The position numbers and the translations under genes were made by a program. A DNA stretch of 64,000 nt from Bariatricus sp. GTDB lineage: Bacteria > Bacillota > Clostridia > Lachnospirales > Lachnospiraceae. This document shows, in pieces, positions 9,138-18,848 of the stretch. The stretch lies in assembly GCA_034176745.1 (NCBI GenBank), contig JAXFTO010000057.1, positions 6,442 through 70,441 of the forward strand. The letters are read 5' to 3'. The notes under the pieces are model-generated. The model searched no databases and was not told the origin of the DNA. It saw only the letters and a list, made by a program, of their open reading frames with translations. The first letter of the stretch is position 1. Every line of letters begins with the position of its first letter.

Positions 9138-10625
9138 ATGAGAGCAAGTGGTATACTGATGCCGGTGGCAAGTCTTCCGTCAGAATATGGAATCGGGGCG
9201 TTTTCAAAAGAAGCCTACAAATTCGTTGATATGCTTAAGAAAGCCGGTCAGCGTTACTGGCAGATTCTTCCTCTGGGACCGACCGGATATGGGGATTCGC
9301 CGTATCAGTCTTTTTCAACGTTTGCAGGGAATCCGTATTTTATCGATTTGAATACGCTGGTTAAAAAGGGCTGGCTTAAGAAGAAAGAATGCCGTGCCTG
9401 TGATTTCGGAAATGACAGCCGCTATATCGATTATGAGAAGATCTATTTGAACCGTTTTGAGATCCTGAAGAAGGCATTTAAGAGAAGCGGGATCGAAAGC
9501 GCTCCGGAGTTTCAGACATTTTGCAAAGAAAACGAGGAATGGCTGGATGATTATGCCCTGTATATGGAGCTGAAGCAGGCGAATGGCGGAAAGAGCTGGA
9601 GCGAATGGGCGGATCCATATCGTTTGAGAAATGCTGAGGCATTGGAAGCGTTCATAAAAGAGCATAAAAAAGGGATCCGTTTCCAGAAGTTCCTGCAGTT
9701 CGAATTTCTGGAAGAGTGGAAAGCATTGAAAGATTATGCAAATCATAAAGGTATCGAGATCATCGGAGATATTCCGATCTACGTGGCATTTGACAGTGCG
9801 GATGCGTGGGCACATCCGGAATTGTTCCAGTTTGACGAGAACAGAATGCCGGTCGGGGTTGCGGGATGTCCGCCGGACGCCTTCAGCGCAACCGGGCAGC
9901 TCTGGGGCAATCCACTCTATGACTGGGCGTACCACAAAGAGACGGGATTTGAGTGGTGGATCAAACGGGTCGCGCACTGTCAGAAGTTGTATGATATTAT
10001 ACGAATCGACCACTTCCGAGGATTTGATGAGTATTACTGGATCCCGGCGGCAGATGAGACGGCTGAATTCGGTCACTGGGAGAAAGGACCGGGCATGGAT
10101 ATTTTCCGGGCCGTGGAAGAAAAACTTGGAAAGCTCAGGATCATTGCGGAAGATCTGGGCTTCCTTACGGATTCCGTGCTGCAGCTTGTGGCTGATTCCG
10201 GATTCCCGGGAATGAAAGTTCTGGAGTTTGCGTTTGATTCCAGAGAACCGAGCGATTACCTTCCGCATAATTATACCAGAAATTGTGTGGTTTATACGGG
10301 CACTCATGATAATGAGACGCTTGCGGGATGGTATTGTGAACTGAATGAGAAAGACAAACGCCTTGCACTGAAATATATGGGATATAAAGAACTGGAAGAG
10401 CAGGATGCCGTCTGGGCGGTTATCCGCCTGGCACAGGCAAGTGTGGCCGATACCTGTATTATTCCGATCCAGGATTATTTGTGTCTGGGAAATGAGGCGC
10501 GAATCAATCAGCCTTCCACGCTTGGCGGCAACTGGATCTGGCGCCTTCAGAAAGAAGAGGTTAGCAAGGAACTTATTAAGAAGATCCGGAAGATGACGAA
10601 GCTCTACGGAAGACTGCCGGAATAA
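9138..10625 (+). CDS. malQ: 4-alpha-glucanotransferase (amylomaltase)
   Basis: MRASGILMPVASLPS.YGIG..G N-terminus and GH77 motifs (IRIDHFRGF, EDLG). Start trimmed from the ORF-track 9090 to the ATG at 9138. Confidence 0.9.
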   Translation: MRASGILMPVASLPSEYGIGAFSKEAYKFVDMLKKAGQRYWQILPLGPTGYGDSPYQSFSTFAGNPYFIDLNTLVKKGWLKKKECRACDFGNDSRYIDYEKIYLNRFEILKKAFKRSGIESAPEFQTFCKENEEWLDDYALYMELKQANGGKSWSEWADPYRLRNAEALEAFIKEHKKGIRFQKFLQFEFLEEWKALKDYANHKGIEIIGDIPIYVAFDSADAWAHPELFQFDENRMPVGVAGCPPDAFSATGQLWGNPLYDWAYHKETGFEWWIKRVAHCQKLYDIIRIDHFRGFDEYYWIPAADETAEFGHWEKGPGMDIFRAVEEKLGKLRIIAEDLGFLTDSVLQLVADSGFPGMKVLEFAFDSREPSDYLPHNYTRNCVVYTGTHDNETLAGWYCELNEKDKRLALKYMGYKELEEQDAVWAVIRLAQASVADTCIIPIQDYLCLGNEARINQPSTLGGNWIWRLQKEEVSKELIKKIRKMTKLYGRLPE

Positions 10626-10653
10626 TTGACGAGAGGACTGTTGAACTTTGGGA

Positions 10654-11679
10654 ATGACGATCAAGGATATTGCAAAGAAATGTGGTGTTGGCATCAGTAC
10701 GGTATCGCGTGCGCTGAACGATCATCCGGATATCAATCCGGAGACGAAAGAGAGAATTCTGAAGACCGTGGCAGAATCGGATTTTGTGCCGAACAACAGT
10801 GCCAGAAATCTGAAACGGACCGATGCGCAGGCGATTGCGGTGATGGTTAAAGAGATTGATGATCCGTTCTTTGCTACTATGATGCAAGTCCTGGAGCGTG
10901 AGATACGGAAGAGACATTATGCTTTTTTCATCCGGCATATGACTCGTGGAAGAGACGAGCTGGAGGAAGCGGCCGAATTGATCGCGGAGAAGCGGCTGAG
11001 AGGCCTGATCTTTCTCGGAGGAAGCTTTGAGAATAAGATGGACCGCCTGAAGAAAATTAAGGTTCCTTTTGTGGTTTGTACGGCTTCTCTGACTGCGGTT
11101 CCAGAAGGAAGACTGGCATCCTGGGTCGCCACAGATGACTATCATGCAAGCAGGGAGATCGTAAATTATCTCTGTGAAACAGGCAATAGAAATATTGCAA
11201 TTCTGGCTTCGGATAAGAATGACAGCAATGTGGGTTATCTTCGGATGAAAGGGTATGAGAAGGCACTTGCGGAACATCAGATTCCTTTGCGGGACGAACT
11301 GATCTGCTATCTGGATGAAACGGATACAGCTTATTCTATGGAAAACGGATATCGGATGATGCAGAAGCTGCTCAAAAGAAAATGTGGATTTACAGCTGTT
11401 TTTGCAATTTCGGATCTGATGGCAGTCGGGGCGATCCGGGCTTTGCGAGAAGCCGGAAAGCGAATCCCGCAGGATGTGGCGGTTGCGGGATTTGACGGTC
11501 TTGCATTTGCAGAGTATTTTGAACCACCGATTACAACGATGGTGCAGCCTGCCGAAGAAATTGCAAAAGAGTCGGTGGTGATCTTATTTCAGATGATTGA
11601 AACGCAGAAAAGTTGCGAGGGGAGAATTCTGCCGGCGAAGCTGGTTGTCAGAAAATCGACAGAGAGGGGACATATCTAA
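10654..11679 (+). CDS. LacI-family transcriptional regulator (MalR-like by context)
   Basis: N-terminal HTH MTIKDIAKKCGVGISTVSRALN plus a periplasmic-binding-fold C-terminus. Lies immediately downstream of malQ. Confidence 0.85.
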   Translation: MTIKDIAKKCGVGISTVSRALNDHPDINPETKERILKTVAESDFVPNNSARNLKRTDAQAIAVMVKEIDDPFFATMMQVLEREIRKRHYAFFIRHMTRGRDELEEAAELIAEKRLRGLIFLGGSFENKMDRLKKIKVPFVVCTASLTAVPEGRLASWVATDDYHASREIVNYLCETGNRNIAILASDKNDSNVGYLRMKGYEKALAEHQIPLRDELICYLDETDTAYSMENGYRMMQKLLKRKCGFTAVFAISDLMAVGAIRALREAGKRIPQDVAVAGFDGLAFAEYFEPPITTMVQPAEEIAKESVVILFQMIETQKSCEGRILPAKLVVRKSTERGHI

Positions 11680-11696
11680 CAGATAGGTCCCTTTTT
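11667..11696 (+). terminator. Intrinsic terminator after the LacI-family gene
   Basis: GGGAC..ATCT / AGAT..GTCCC stem overlapping the stop codon, followed by TTTTT. Confidence 0.55.
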
Positions 11697-11759
11697 CATT
11701 TTGTTTGATGCCAAAAACAGAGAGCACTCTAATTTTTGCGCTTTTACGAATTAAAGGCT

Positions 11760-11788
11760 TGAAACTATGATGAAAATAGGATATTATA
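11760..11788 (+). promoter_or_regulatory. Sigma-A-type promoter upstream of leuB
   Basis: TTGAAA, 17-nt spacer, TATTAT, about 70 nt upstream of the leuB start. Confidence 0.5.
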
Positions 11789-11858
11789 GTGTTTAACAGA
11801 TTTTGAGGGGACGATGGTCTGACCTCTGAACCGGAGATTAACGGAAGGAATGAATAAG

Positions 11859-12944
11859 ATGAATCTGAATATTGGTGTGATTAAAGGAGACGGAATCGGT
11901 CCGGAGATCGTGACCGAGGCAATGAAAGTTCTGGACAAGACCGGAGAAATATATGGTTTCCGGTGTACATACGAGCAGCTTCTGATGGGAGGAGCATCGA
12001 TCGATGTGCATGGAGTGCCGCTGACAGATGAGACGATTGCGAGAGCAAAGGCAAGTGATGCGGTTCTGATGGGATCGATCGGCGGGGATGCGAAGACATC
12101 TCCATGGTACCAGCTGGAACCATCAAAAAGACCGGAAGCCGGCCTGCTTAAGATTCGTAAAGCGCTGAATTTGTTTGCAAATCTGCGTCCGGCAGTTCTC
12201 TATGAAGAACTTGCAGCCGCTTGTCCTTTGAAAGAAGAGATAACAGAGGGCGGATTCGATCTGATGATCATGCGTGAACTGACCGGCGGATTGTATTTCG
12301 GAGAGAGAAAAACAGTTGAAGAAGAAGGAGTCAGAACAGCTTATGATTCTTTGACATATAATGAGAATGAAATACGCAGGATTGCCGTGAGAGCGTTTGA
12401 TATAGCTATGAAGAGAAGAAAGAAAGTGACCAGCGTTGATAAAGCAAATGTACTGGATTCTTCCAGACTCTGGAGAAAGGTTGTCGAGGAAGTCGCGGCG
12501 GATTACCCGGAAGTGACGCTGGAACACATGCTGGTGGATAACTGTGCAATGCAGCTTGTAAGAGATCCGAAGCAGTTTGACGTCATTCTGACTGAGAACA
12601 TGTTCGGTGATATTTTGTCGGATGAGGCCAGTATGGTAACCGGATCAATCGGAATGCTTGCGAGCGCAAGCCTGAATGAGACGAAGTTCGGTCTTTATGA
12701 ACCGAGCGGTGGGTCCGCACCGGATATTGCCGGTAAGGGAATCGCGAATCCGATTGCGACGATTTTGTCTGCAGCAATGATGCTTCGGTTTAGCTTTGAT
12801 CTTGACAAAGCAGCGGATGCAATTGAAGCAGCTGTTTCGCAGGTACTGAAGGACGGCTATCGTACCGGTGATATTATGTCGGAGGGATGCACGAAAGTCG
12901 GAACTGCACAGATGGGGGATTTGATCTGTGAACGGATTCATTAG
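11859..12944 (+). CDS. leuB: 3-isopropylmalate dehydrogenase
   Basis: [11 protein letters not shown]-terminus and the [23 protein letters not shown] motif. The ATG at 11859 has better SD spacing (GGAAGGA 9 nt upstream) than the ATG at 11850. Confidence 0.9.
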   Translation: MNLNIGVIKGDGIGPEIVTEAMKVLDKTGEIYGFRCTYEQLLMGGASIDVHGVPLTDETIARAKASDAVLMGSIGGDAKTSPWYQLEPSKRPEAGLLKIRKALNLFANLRPAVLYEELAAACPLKEEITEGGFDLMIMRELTGGLYFGERKTVEEEGVRTAYDSLTYNENEIRRIAVRAFDIAMKRRKKVTSVDKANVLDSSRLWRKVVEEVAADYPEVTLEHMLVDNCAMQLVRDPKQFDVILTENMFGDILSDEASMVTGSIGMLASASLNETKFGLYEPSGGSAPDIAGKGIANPIATILSAAMMLRFSFDLDKAADAIEAAVSQVLKDGYRTGDIMSEGCTKVGTAQMGDLICERIH

Positions 12945-13009
12945 GAAGTCTTGCTTGGCTGAAGTCAGTATAAAGCATACATAGAGGATATTCAGGAGGA
13001 TACATAGAA

Positions 13010-14677
13010 ATGAAAAGCGATAATGTTAAAAAAGGGATGCAACAGGCACCACATCGGTCCCTGTTCAACGCATTAGGGTATACCAAAGAGGAGCTGGATC
13101 GTCCATTGGTCGGAATCGTCAGTTCTTACAATGAGATCGTTCCGGGACATATGAATCTGGATAAGATCGTGAACGCAGTAAAAATGGGAGTTGCCATGGC
13201 AGGAGGAACACCGGTTATGTTCCCGGCGATCGCTGTCTGCGATGGAATTGCGATGGGACATATCGGAATGAAATACTCTCTGGTAACCAGAGATCTGATT
13301 GCAGATTCCACCGAGGCAATGGCACTGGCTCATCAGTTTGATGCACTTGTTATGGTTCCGAACTGTGACAAGAATGTGCCCGGACTTCTGATGGCAGCAG
13401 CACGAATCAACGTGCCTACTATATTTGTCAGCGGTGGCCCGATGCTTGCCGGTCATGTAAAAGGCCAGAAGAGAAGCCTTTCCAGCATGTTTGAAGCAGT
13501 TGGTTCTTATGCTGCAGGCACGATGACAGAAGAAGATGTATGTGAATTTGAAAATAAAGTATGCCCGACCTGTGGTTCTTGCTCCGGTATGTATACCGCG
13601 AACAGTATGAACTGTCTGACAGAAGTACTCGGTATGGGACTTCCGGGCAATGGAACCATTCCGGCAGTTTATTCAGAGCGTATCCGTCTTGCAAAGCATG
13701 CAGGCATGCAGGTAATGGAACTTTACAGAAAGAATATCCGCCCAAGAGATATCATGACAAAAGAAGCAATTTTGAATGCACTTACAGTGGATATGGCACT
13801 GGGATGTTCTACCAACAGTATGCTGCATCTTCCGGCTATCGCTCATGAAATCGGAATGGACTTTGAGATTGATTTTGCAAATGGAATCAGTGCGAAAACT
13901 CCGAACCTTTGCCATCTTGCACCGGCAGGTCCGACTTATATGGAAGATCTGAATGAGGCAGGCGGAGTTTATGCGGTTATGAATGAATTGAATAAGAAGA
14001 ATCTTCTGAATACAGAATGTATGACAGTAACCGGTAAGACCGTTGGGGAAAATATTGCCGGATGTGTGAATAAGAATCCGGAAGTCATCAGACCGATTGA
14101 TAATCCGTACAGCCAGACCGGTGGTCTTGCGGTATTAAAAGGAAATATCGCACCGGACGGAAGCGTTGTAAAGCGCTCTGCTGTAGTAGAAGAGATGCTC
14201 GTGCATGAAGGACCTGCAAGAGTATTTGAGTGTGAAGATGATGCAATCACCGCTATCAAGGGAGGACAGATTCATCCGGGTGATGTAGTAGTTATCCGTT
14301 ATGTCGGACCGAAAGGTGGTCCGGGTATGCCGGAGATGCTGAACCCTACTTCGGCAATCGCGGGAATGGGGCTTGGTTCTTCTGTGGCTCTGATCACAGA
14401 CGGACGTTTCAGCGGAGCATCAAGAGGAGCTTCCATCGGACATGTTTCACCGGAAGCTGCGGTCGGAGGACCGATTGCTCTTATCGAAGAAGGCGATATC
14501 ATCGAGATTGATATTCCGAATCTGAAACTGAATGTCAGAGTATCCGACGAAGAACTTGCTGCAAGAAAAGAAAAATGGCAGCCAAGAGATCCAGAAGTTA
14601 CAACAGGTTATCTGGCAAGATATGCGTCTATGGTAACATCCGGAAACCGTGGAGCGGTACTGGAAATACCACGTTAA
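13010..14677 (+). CDS. ilvD: Dihydroxy-acid dehydratase
   Basis: Full-length IlvD similarity (Fe-S ligand context [16 protein letters not shown]). AGGAGG lies upstream. Confidence 0.95.
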   Translation: MKSDNVKKGMQQAPHRSLFNALGYTKEELDRPLVGIVSSYNEIVPGHMNLDKIVNAVKMGVAMAGGTPVMFPAIAVCDGIAMGHIGMKYSLVTRDLIADSTEAMALAHQFDALVMVPNCDKNVPGLLMAAARINVPTIFVSGGPMLAGHVKGQKRSLSSMFEAVGSYAAGTMTEEDVCEFENKVCPTCGSCSGMYTANSMNCLTEVLGMGLPGNGTIPAVYSERIRLAKHAGMQVMELYRKNIRPRDIMTKEAILNALTVDMALGCSTNSMLHLPAIAHEIGMDFEIDFANGISAKTPNLCHLAPAGPTYMEDLNEAGGVYAVMNELNKKNLLNTECMTVTGKTVGENIAGCVNKNPEVIRPIDNPYSQTGGLAVLKGNIAPDGSVVKRSAVVEEMLVHEGPARVFECEDDAITAIKGGQIHPGDVVVIRYVGPKGGPGMPEMLNPTSAIAGMGLGSSVALITDGRFSGASRGASIGHVSPEAAVGGPIALIEEGDIIEIDIPNLKLNVRVSDEELAARKEKWQPRDPEVTTGYLARYASMVTSGNRGAVLEIPR

Positions 14678-14699
14678 GAATAAGAAAGTACAAAGGGGA

Positions 14700-16400
14700 A
14701 TGCAAAAAATGCGGTTAAACGGTTCGGAAATACTGATTGAGTGTTTAAAAGAGCAGGGTGTGGATACAGTATTCGGGTATCCGGGCGGAGCAATTTTAAA
14801 TGTATATGATGAATTATATAAGCATAGTAATGAAATTAAGCATATTCTGACTTCTCATGAACAGGGCGCATCACATGCGGCGGACGGCTATGCCCGTGCA
14901 ACAGGAAAAGTAGGTGTGTGCTTTGCAACAAGCGGTCCGGGAGCTACCAATCTGGTAACTGGAATCGCAACGGCGTTTATGGATTCGATTCCGATTGTGG
15001 CAATTACATGTAATGTAGGTGTTCCGCTTCTCGGAAAGGACAGTTTCCAGGAGATCGATATTACCGGTATCACAATGCCGATCACAAAATACAATTTTAT
15101 CGTAAAAGATGTCAATAAACTGGCAGAGACGATAAGAAAGGCATTTGAGATCGCGCAGTCGGGAAGACCGGGACCGGTACTCATCGATATTCCGAAAGAT
15201 GTCACTGCAAATATGGCAGAATATGAACCGGTTGAAACTCAGACTGTTAAGAAATACAAAAAAGAAATCTGCATGGAAGATGTAGAACTTGCAATCCGGA
15301 TGATCAAAGAATCTAAGAAGCCATACATTTTCGTGGGCGGTGGGGCAGTTCTTTCAGATGCAAGTGAAGAGCTTCGGGAATTTGTACGTAGAGTACATGC
15401 GCCGGTCTGTGACTCTCTCATGGGAAAAGGTGCATTTCCGGGAACCGATGAGCTTTATACGGGAATGCTTGGAATGCATGGAACTAAGACATCCAATTTG
15501 GGAGTCAGCGGCTGTGATCTTCTGATTGTTATCGGAGCAAGATTCTCTGACCGTGTCACAGGAAATGCGAAGAGTTTTGCAAAAAATGCAAAGATTCTTC
15601 AGTTTGATATTGACGTAGCTGAGATGAATAAGAACGTGATTATTGATAATGGCGTAGTAGGAGATATCAAAGAAGTACTTGCTCTGGTAAATGAAAGACT
15701 TGACCAGCAGAATCATGACGAATGGATCCAGAAGATTCAGGAGTACAAGCAGAAATATCCGCTCACCTACCACCCGGATATACTGACAGGACCGTATGTT
15801 GTAGAAGAAATCTACCGCCAGACAAAGGGTGACGCAGTGATCGTTACAGAAGTCGGGCAGCATCAGATGTGGGCAGCTCAGTATTATAAATATGATAAAC
15901 CGAGAACTTTCCTTACATCGGGAGGACTTGGAACGATGGGATACGGCCTTGGTGCATCCATTGGTGCCAAGATGGGATGCCCTGACAAAAAAGTAATCAA
16001 CATTGCGGGAGACGGATGTTTCCGCATGAACATGAATGAGATTGCCACGGCGGCAAGATATAACATCCCAATCATTCAGGTTGTCATCAACAATCATGTT
16101 CTTGGAATGGTACGTCAGTGGCAGAACTTGTTCTATGGACAGCGTTATTCAGCAACTGTTCTGGATGATGCAGTTGATTTTGTAAAGCTTTCTGAAGCAA
16201 TGGGAGCAAAGGCAGTCCGGGCAACAACGAAGAAGGATTTTGATGCCGCTTTTCAGTCGGCACTTGCATGTGATGGTCCGTTCGTGATCGACTGCCAGAT
16301 TGACTGCGATGATAAGGTGTGGCCGATGGTGGCACCGGGAGCGTCAATCAGCGAAGCGTTTGATGAAGGAGACCTGCAGGCAGAAAAACAAGAACAATAA
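14700..16400 (+). CDS. ilvB: Acetolactate synthase, large (catalytic) subunit
   Basis: ThDP enzyme with GYPGGAIL, TSGPGATNLVTG and GLGTMGYGL..AIGAK...GDG.F.MN motifs. No small-subunit (ilvN) ORF follows. Confidence 0.85.
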   Translation: MQKMRLNGSEILIECLKEQGVDTVFGYPGGAILNVYDELYKHSNEIKHILTSHEQGASHAADGYARATGKVGVCFATSGPGATNLVTGIATAFMDSIPIVAITCNVGVPLLGKDSFQEIDITGITMPITKYNFIVKDVNKLAETIRKAFEIAQSGRPGPVLIDIPKDVTANMAEYEPVETQTVKKYKKEICMEDVELAIRMIKESKKPYIFVGGGAVLSDASEELREFVRRVHAPVCDSLMGKGAFPGTDELYTGMLGMHGTKTSNLGVSGCDLLIVIGARFSDRVTGNAKSFAKNAKILQFDIDVAEMNKNVIIDNGVVGDIKEVLALVNERLDQQNHDEWIQKIQEYKQKYPLTYHPDILTGPYVVEEIYRQTKGDAVIVTEVGQHQMWAAQYYKYDKPRTFLTSGGLGTMGYGLGASIGAKMGCPDKKVINIAGDGCFRMNMNEIATAARYNIPIIQVVINNHVLGMVRQWQNLFYGQRYSATVLDDAVDFVKLSEAMGAKAVRATTKKDFDAAFQSALACDGPFVIDCQIDCDDKVWPMVAPGASISEAFDEGDLQAEKQEQ

Positions 16401-16428
16401 GTTAGTAGCAGGAATGGAGGAAAACATT

Positions 16429-17511
16429 ATGAAAAGAGTTTATAACTTTTCAGCAGGACCGGCAGTATTACCGGAAGAAGTTTTAAAAGAAGCAGCAGAG
16501 GAAATGCTGGATTATCAGGGAACAGGAATGTCCGTTATGGAGATGAGCCACCGCTCAAAAGCTTTTGAGAAAATCATCACAGAAGCAGAACAGGATCTCA
16601 GAGATCTTATGAATATTCCGGATAATTACAAAGTTTTATTCTTACAGGGCGGTGCAAGCCAGCAGTTCGCAATGATTCCGATGAATCTTATGAAGAATAA
16701 AGTTGCTGACTATATTATCACAGGTCAGTGGGCTAAAAAAGCTGCTGCAGAAGCAGAGAAATACGGAAAAGTCAACAGAATTGCTTCTTCAGCAGACAAG
16801 ACATTCTCCTATATTCCGGATTGTTCAGATCTTCCGATTGATGATGATGCAGATTATGTATATATCTGTGAGAATAACACCATTTACGGAACAAAGTATA
16901 AAGAACTTCCGAATACAAAAGGAAAAATTCTCGTGGCAGATGTATCTTCATGCTTCCTTTCTGAACCGGTAGATGTGACAAAATACGGTGTGATCTACGG
17001 CGGCGTTCAGAAGAATATCGGACCTGCAGGTACAGTAATCGTCATCATCAGAGAGGATCTTATCACAGAAGATGTTCTTCCGGGCACACCGACCATGCTG
17101 CAGTACAAAATACATGCAGATGCAAAATCTCTCTATAATACACCACCGGCATATGGAATTTACATCTGCGGTAAAGTATTTAAATGGCTCAAGAAGATGG
17201 GCGGTCTTGAAGTAATGAAAGAACGCAATGAAAAGAAAGCAAAACTTCTCTACGATTACCTGGATCAGAGCAAGCTCTTTAAAGGAACAGTTGAGAAGAA
17301 GGACCGTTCTCTTATGAATGTTCCGTTCGTAACCGGAAGTGATGAACTGGACGCTAAATTTGTAAAAGAAGCAAAAGAAGCCGGATTTGAGAACTTGAAA
17401 GGGCATCGTACAGTCGGCGGTATGCGTGCAAGTATTTACAATGCTATGCCGTATGAAGGTGTGGAAGCGCTTGTTGAATTTATGAAAAAATTTGAGGAGG
17501 AGAATCTGTAA
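16429..17511 (+). CDS. serC: Phosphoserine aminotransferase
   Basis: MKRVYNFSAGPAVLPEEVL N-terminus and class-V aminotransferase body. Start trimmed from the ORF-track 16300, which overlaps ilvB. Confidence 0.95.
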   Translation: MKRVYNFSAGPAVLPEEVLKEAAEEMLDYQGTGMSVMEMSHRSKAFEKIITEAEQDLRDLMNIPDNYKVLFLQGGASQQFAMIPMNLMKNKVADYIITGQWAKKAAAEAEKYGKVNRIASSADKTFSYIPDCSDLPIDDDADYVYICENNTIYGTKYKELPNTKGKILVADVSSCFLSEPVDVTKYGVIYGGVQKNIGPAGTVIVIIREDLITEDVLPGTPTMLQYKIHADAKSLYNTPPAYGIYICGKVFKWLKKMGGLEVMKERNEKKAKLLYDYLDQSKLFKGTVEKKDRSLMNVPFVTGSDELDAKFVKEAKEAGFENLKGHRTVGGMRASIYNAMPYEGVEALVEFMKKFEEENL

Positions 17512-17513
17512 TC

Positions 17514-18674
17514 ATGTATAAATATTATTGCTTAAATCCAATCTCAAATGTAGGACTTGATAAACTTACAGATGATTATGTACCGGCAGGAGATGCAAAA
17601 GGTGCAGATGCCATTCTGGTACGAAGTGCAGCGATGCATGACATGGAATTCGATAAGAACTTAAAAGCAATTGCACGTGCCGGAGCTGGTGTGAACAATA
17701 TCCCGCTTGAAAGATGTGCCGAAGAAGGAATCGTAGTATTCAATACACCGGGAGCAAATGCGAACGGTGTAAAGGAGCTGGTGATCGCAGGTCTTCTTCT
17801 TGCATCACGTGATATCATCGGCGGTATCAACTGGGTACAGGAAAATGAAGAAGACGGCAACATCGCAAAAGATGCAGAAAAAGCGAAAAAAGCATTTGCC
17901 GGATGTGAGATCGAAGGTAAAAAATTAGGTGTAATCGGACTTGGAGCCATCGGTGTACTCGTTGCTAACGCTGCAACAAATCTTGGTATGGATGTATATG
18001 GATATGACCCATATGTGTCTGTAGACTCTGCATGGAGACTTTCAAGAAATATCCATCATGCAAAGAGCGTAGATGAGCTGTATAAAGATTGTGATTATAT
18101 CACCATCCATGTTCCGGCCCTTCCGGATACAAAGGGAATGATCGATAAGAATGCGATTGAACTTATGAAAGACGGAGTTGTTGTCCTGAACTTTGCAAGA
18201 GATGTTCTTGTTAACAGTGAAGCTATGGTGGATGCATTGGTCAGCGGAAAGGTAAAACGCTATGTGACAGATTTCCCGACTCCGGAGATTGCAGGTGTGA
18301 AGAATGCGATCGTCATTCCTCATCTTGGAGCTTCTACAGAAGAATCAGAAGATAACTGTGCTAAGATGGCTGTTCAGGAAGTGAGAGATTTCCTGGAAAA
18401 CGGTAATATCAAGAATTCTGTAAATTATCCGGCATGTGATATGGGCGTGAAGGATAAGACAAGAATTACAATTCTTCACAGAAATATTCCGAATATGATC
18501 GGTCAGTTTACAGCACTTCTCGCAAAAGATAATGTCAATATTGATGACATGACAAACAAGAACAGTGGAACATATGCATATACGATGATGGATGTGGATT
18601 CCGAAGTCAATGAAGAAGTTGTAAAAGGTCTTGAGGCTATTGACGGTGTTTTAAGAGTAAGAGTAATTGAATAA
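17514..18674 (+). CDS. serA: D-3-phosphoglycerate dehydrogenase (with C-terminal ACT-like domain)
   Basis: 2-hydroxyacid dehydrogenase NAD motif G.IGLGAIG. Begins 2 nt after the serC stop. The C-terminal ~70 aa is ACT-like. Confidence 0.85.
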   Translation: MYKYYCLNPISNVGLDKLTDDYVPAGDAKGADAILVRSAAMHDMEFDKNLKAIARAGAGVNNIPLERCAEEGIVVFNTPGANANGVKELVIAGLLLASRDIIGGINWVQENEEDGNIAKDAEKAKKAFAGCEIEGKKLGVIGLGAIGVLVANAATNLGMDVYGYDPYVSVDSAWRLSRNIHHAKSVDELYKDCDYITIHVPALPDTKGMIDKNAIELMKDGVVVLNFARDVLVNSEAMVDALVSGKVKRYVTDFPTPEIAGVKNAIVIPHLGASTEESEDNCAKMAVQEVRDFLENGNIKNSVNYPACDMGVKDKTRITILHRNIPNMIGQFTALLAKDNVNIDDMTNKNSGTYAYTMMDVDSEVNEEVVKGLEAIDGVLRVRVIE

Positions 18675-18677
18675 TGA

Positions 18678-18720
18678 CAAACAAAAAAGGCTGCACATAA
18701 GTGCAGCATTTTTTGTTTGT
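18678..18720. terminator. Intrinsic terminator after serA
   Basis: GCTGCAC-ATAA-GTGCAGC flanked by ACAAACAAAAAA and TTTTTTGTTTGT. Confidence 0.8.
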
Positions 18721-18775
18721 TACAAATATTACAAAATAAATTTTAATTTTTAATATATCTTAAGAAAATCTTCCA

Positions 18776-18804
18776 TTGTGTAGTAGAATAGTATGCCTTA
18801 TAAT
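18776..18804 (+). promoter_or_regulatory. Sigma-A-type promoter upstream of the NodB deacetylase gene
   Basis: TTGTGT, 17-nt spacer, TATAAT. Confidence 0.45.
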
Positions 18805-18848
18805 GTACATGAGACTTGGGGATTACATATATATTGTGGGGTGTACGA

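Noticed and set aside
9315-10694. A 459-codon open frame antisense to malQ and the LacI gene start
   Set aside because: It lies entirely opposite a full-length, strongly recognisable GH77 gene. There is no SD, and the product is low-complexity and rich in R/S/L/F/I with no family resemblance. It is most likely a codon-bias artefact of the sense frame.
16300-16428. N-terminally extended ORF-track starts. Examples are serC 16300, aroE 20361, DUF512 25293, der 26734, rnj 46573, tgt 7459, malQ 9090, spoIVA 32262 and aroC 5371.
   Set aside because: The extensions overlap upstream genes or lack homology and an SD. Internal starts with proper SD spacing reproduce the conserved N-termini of each family.
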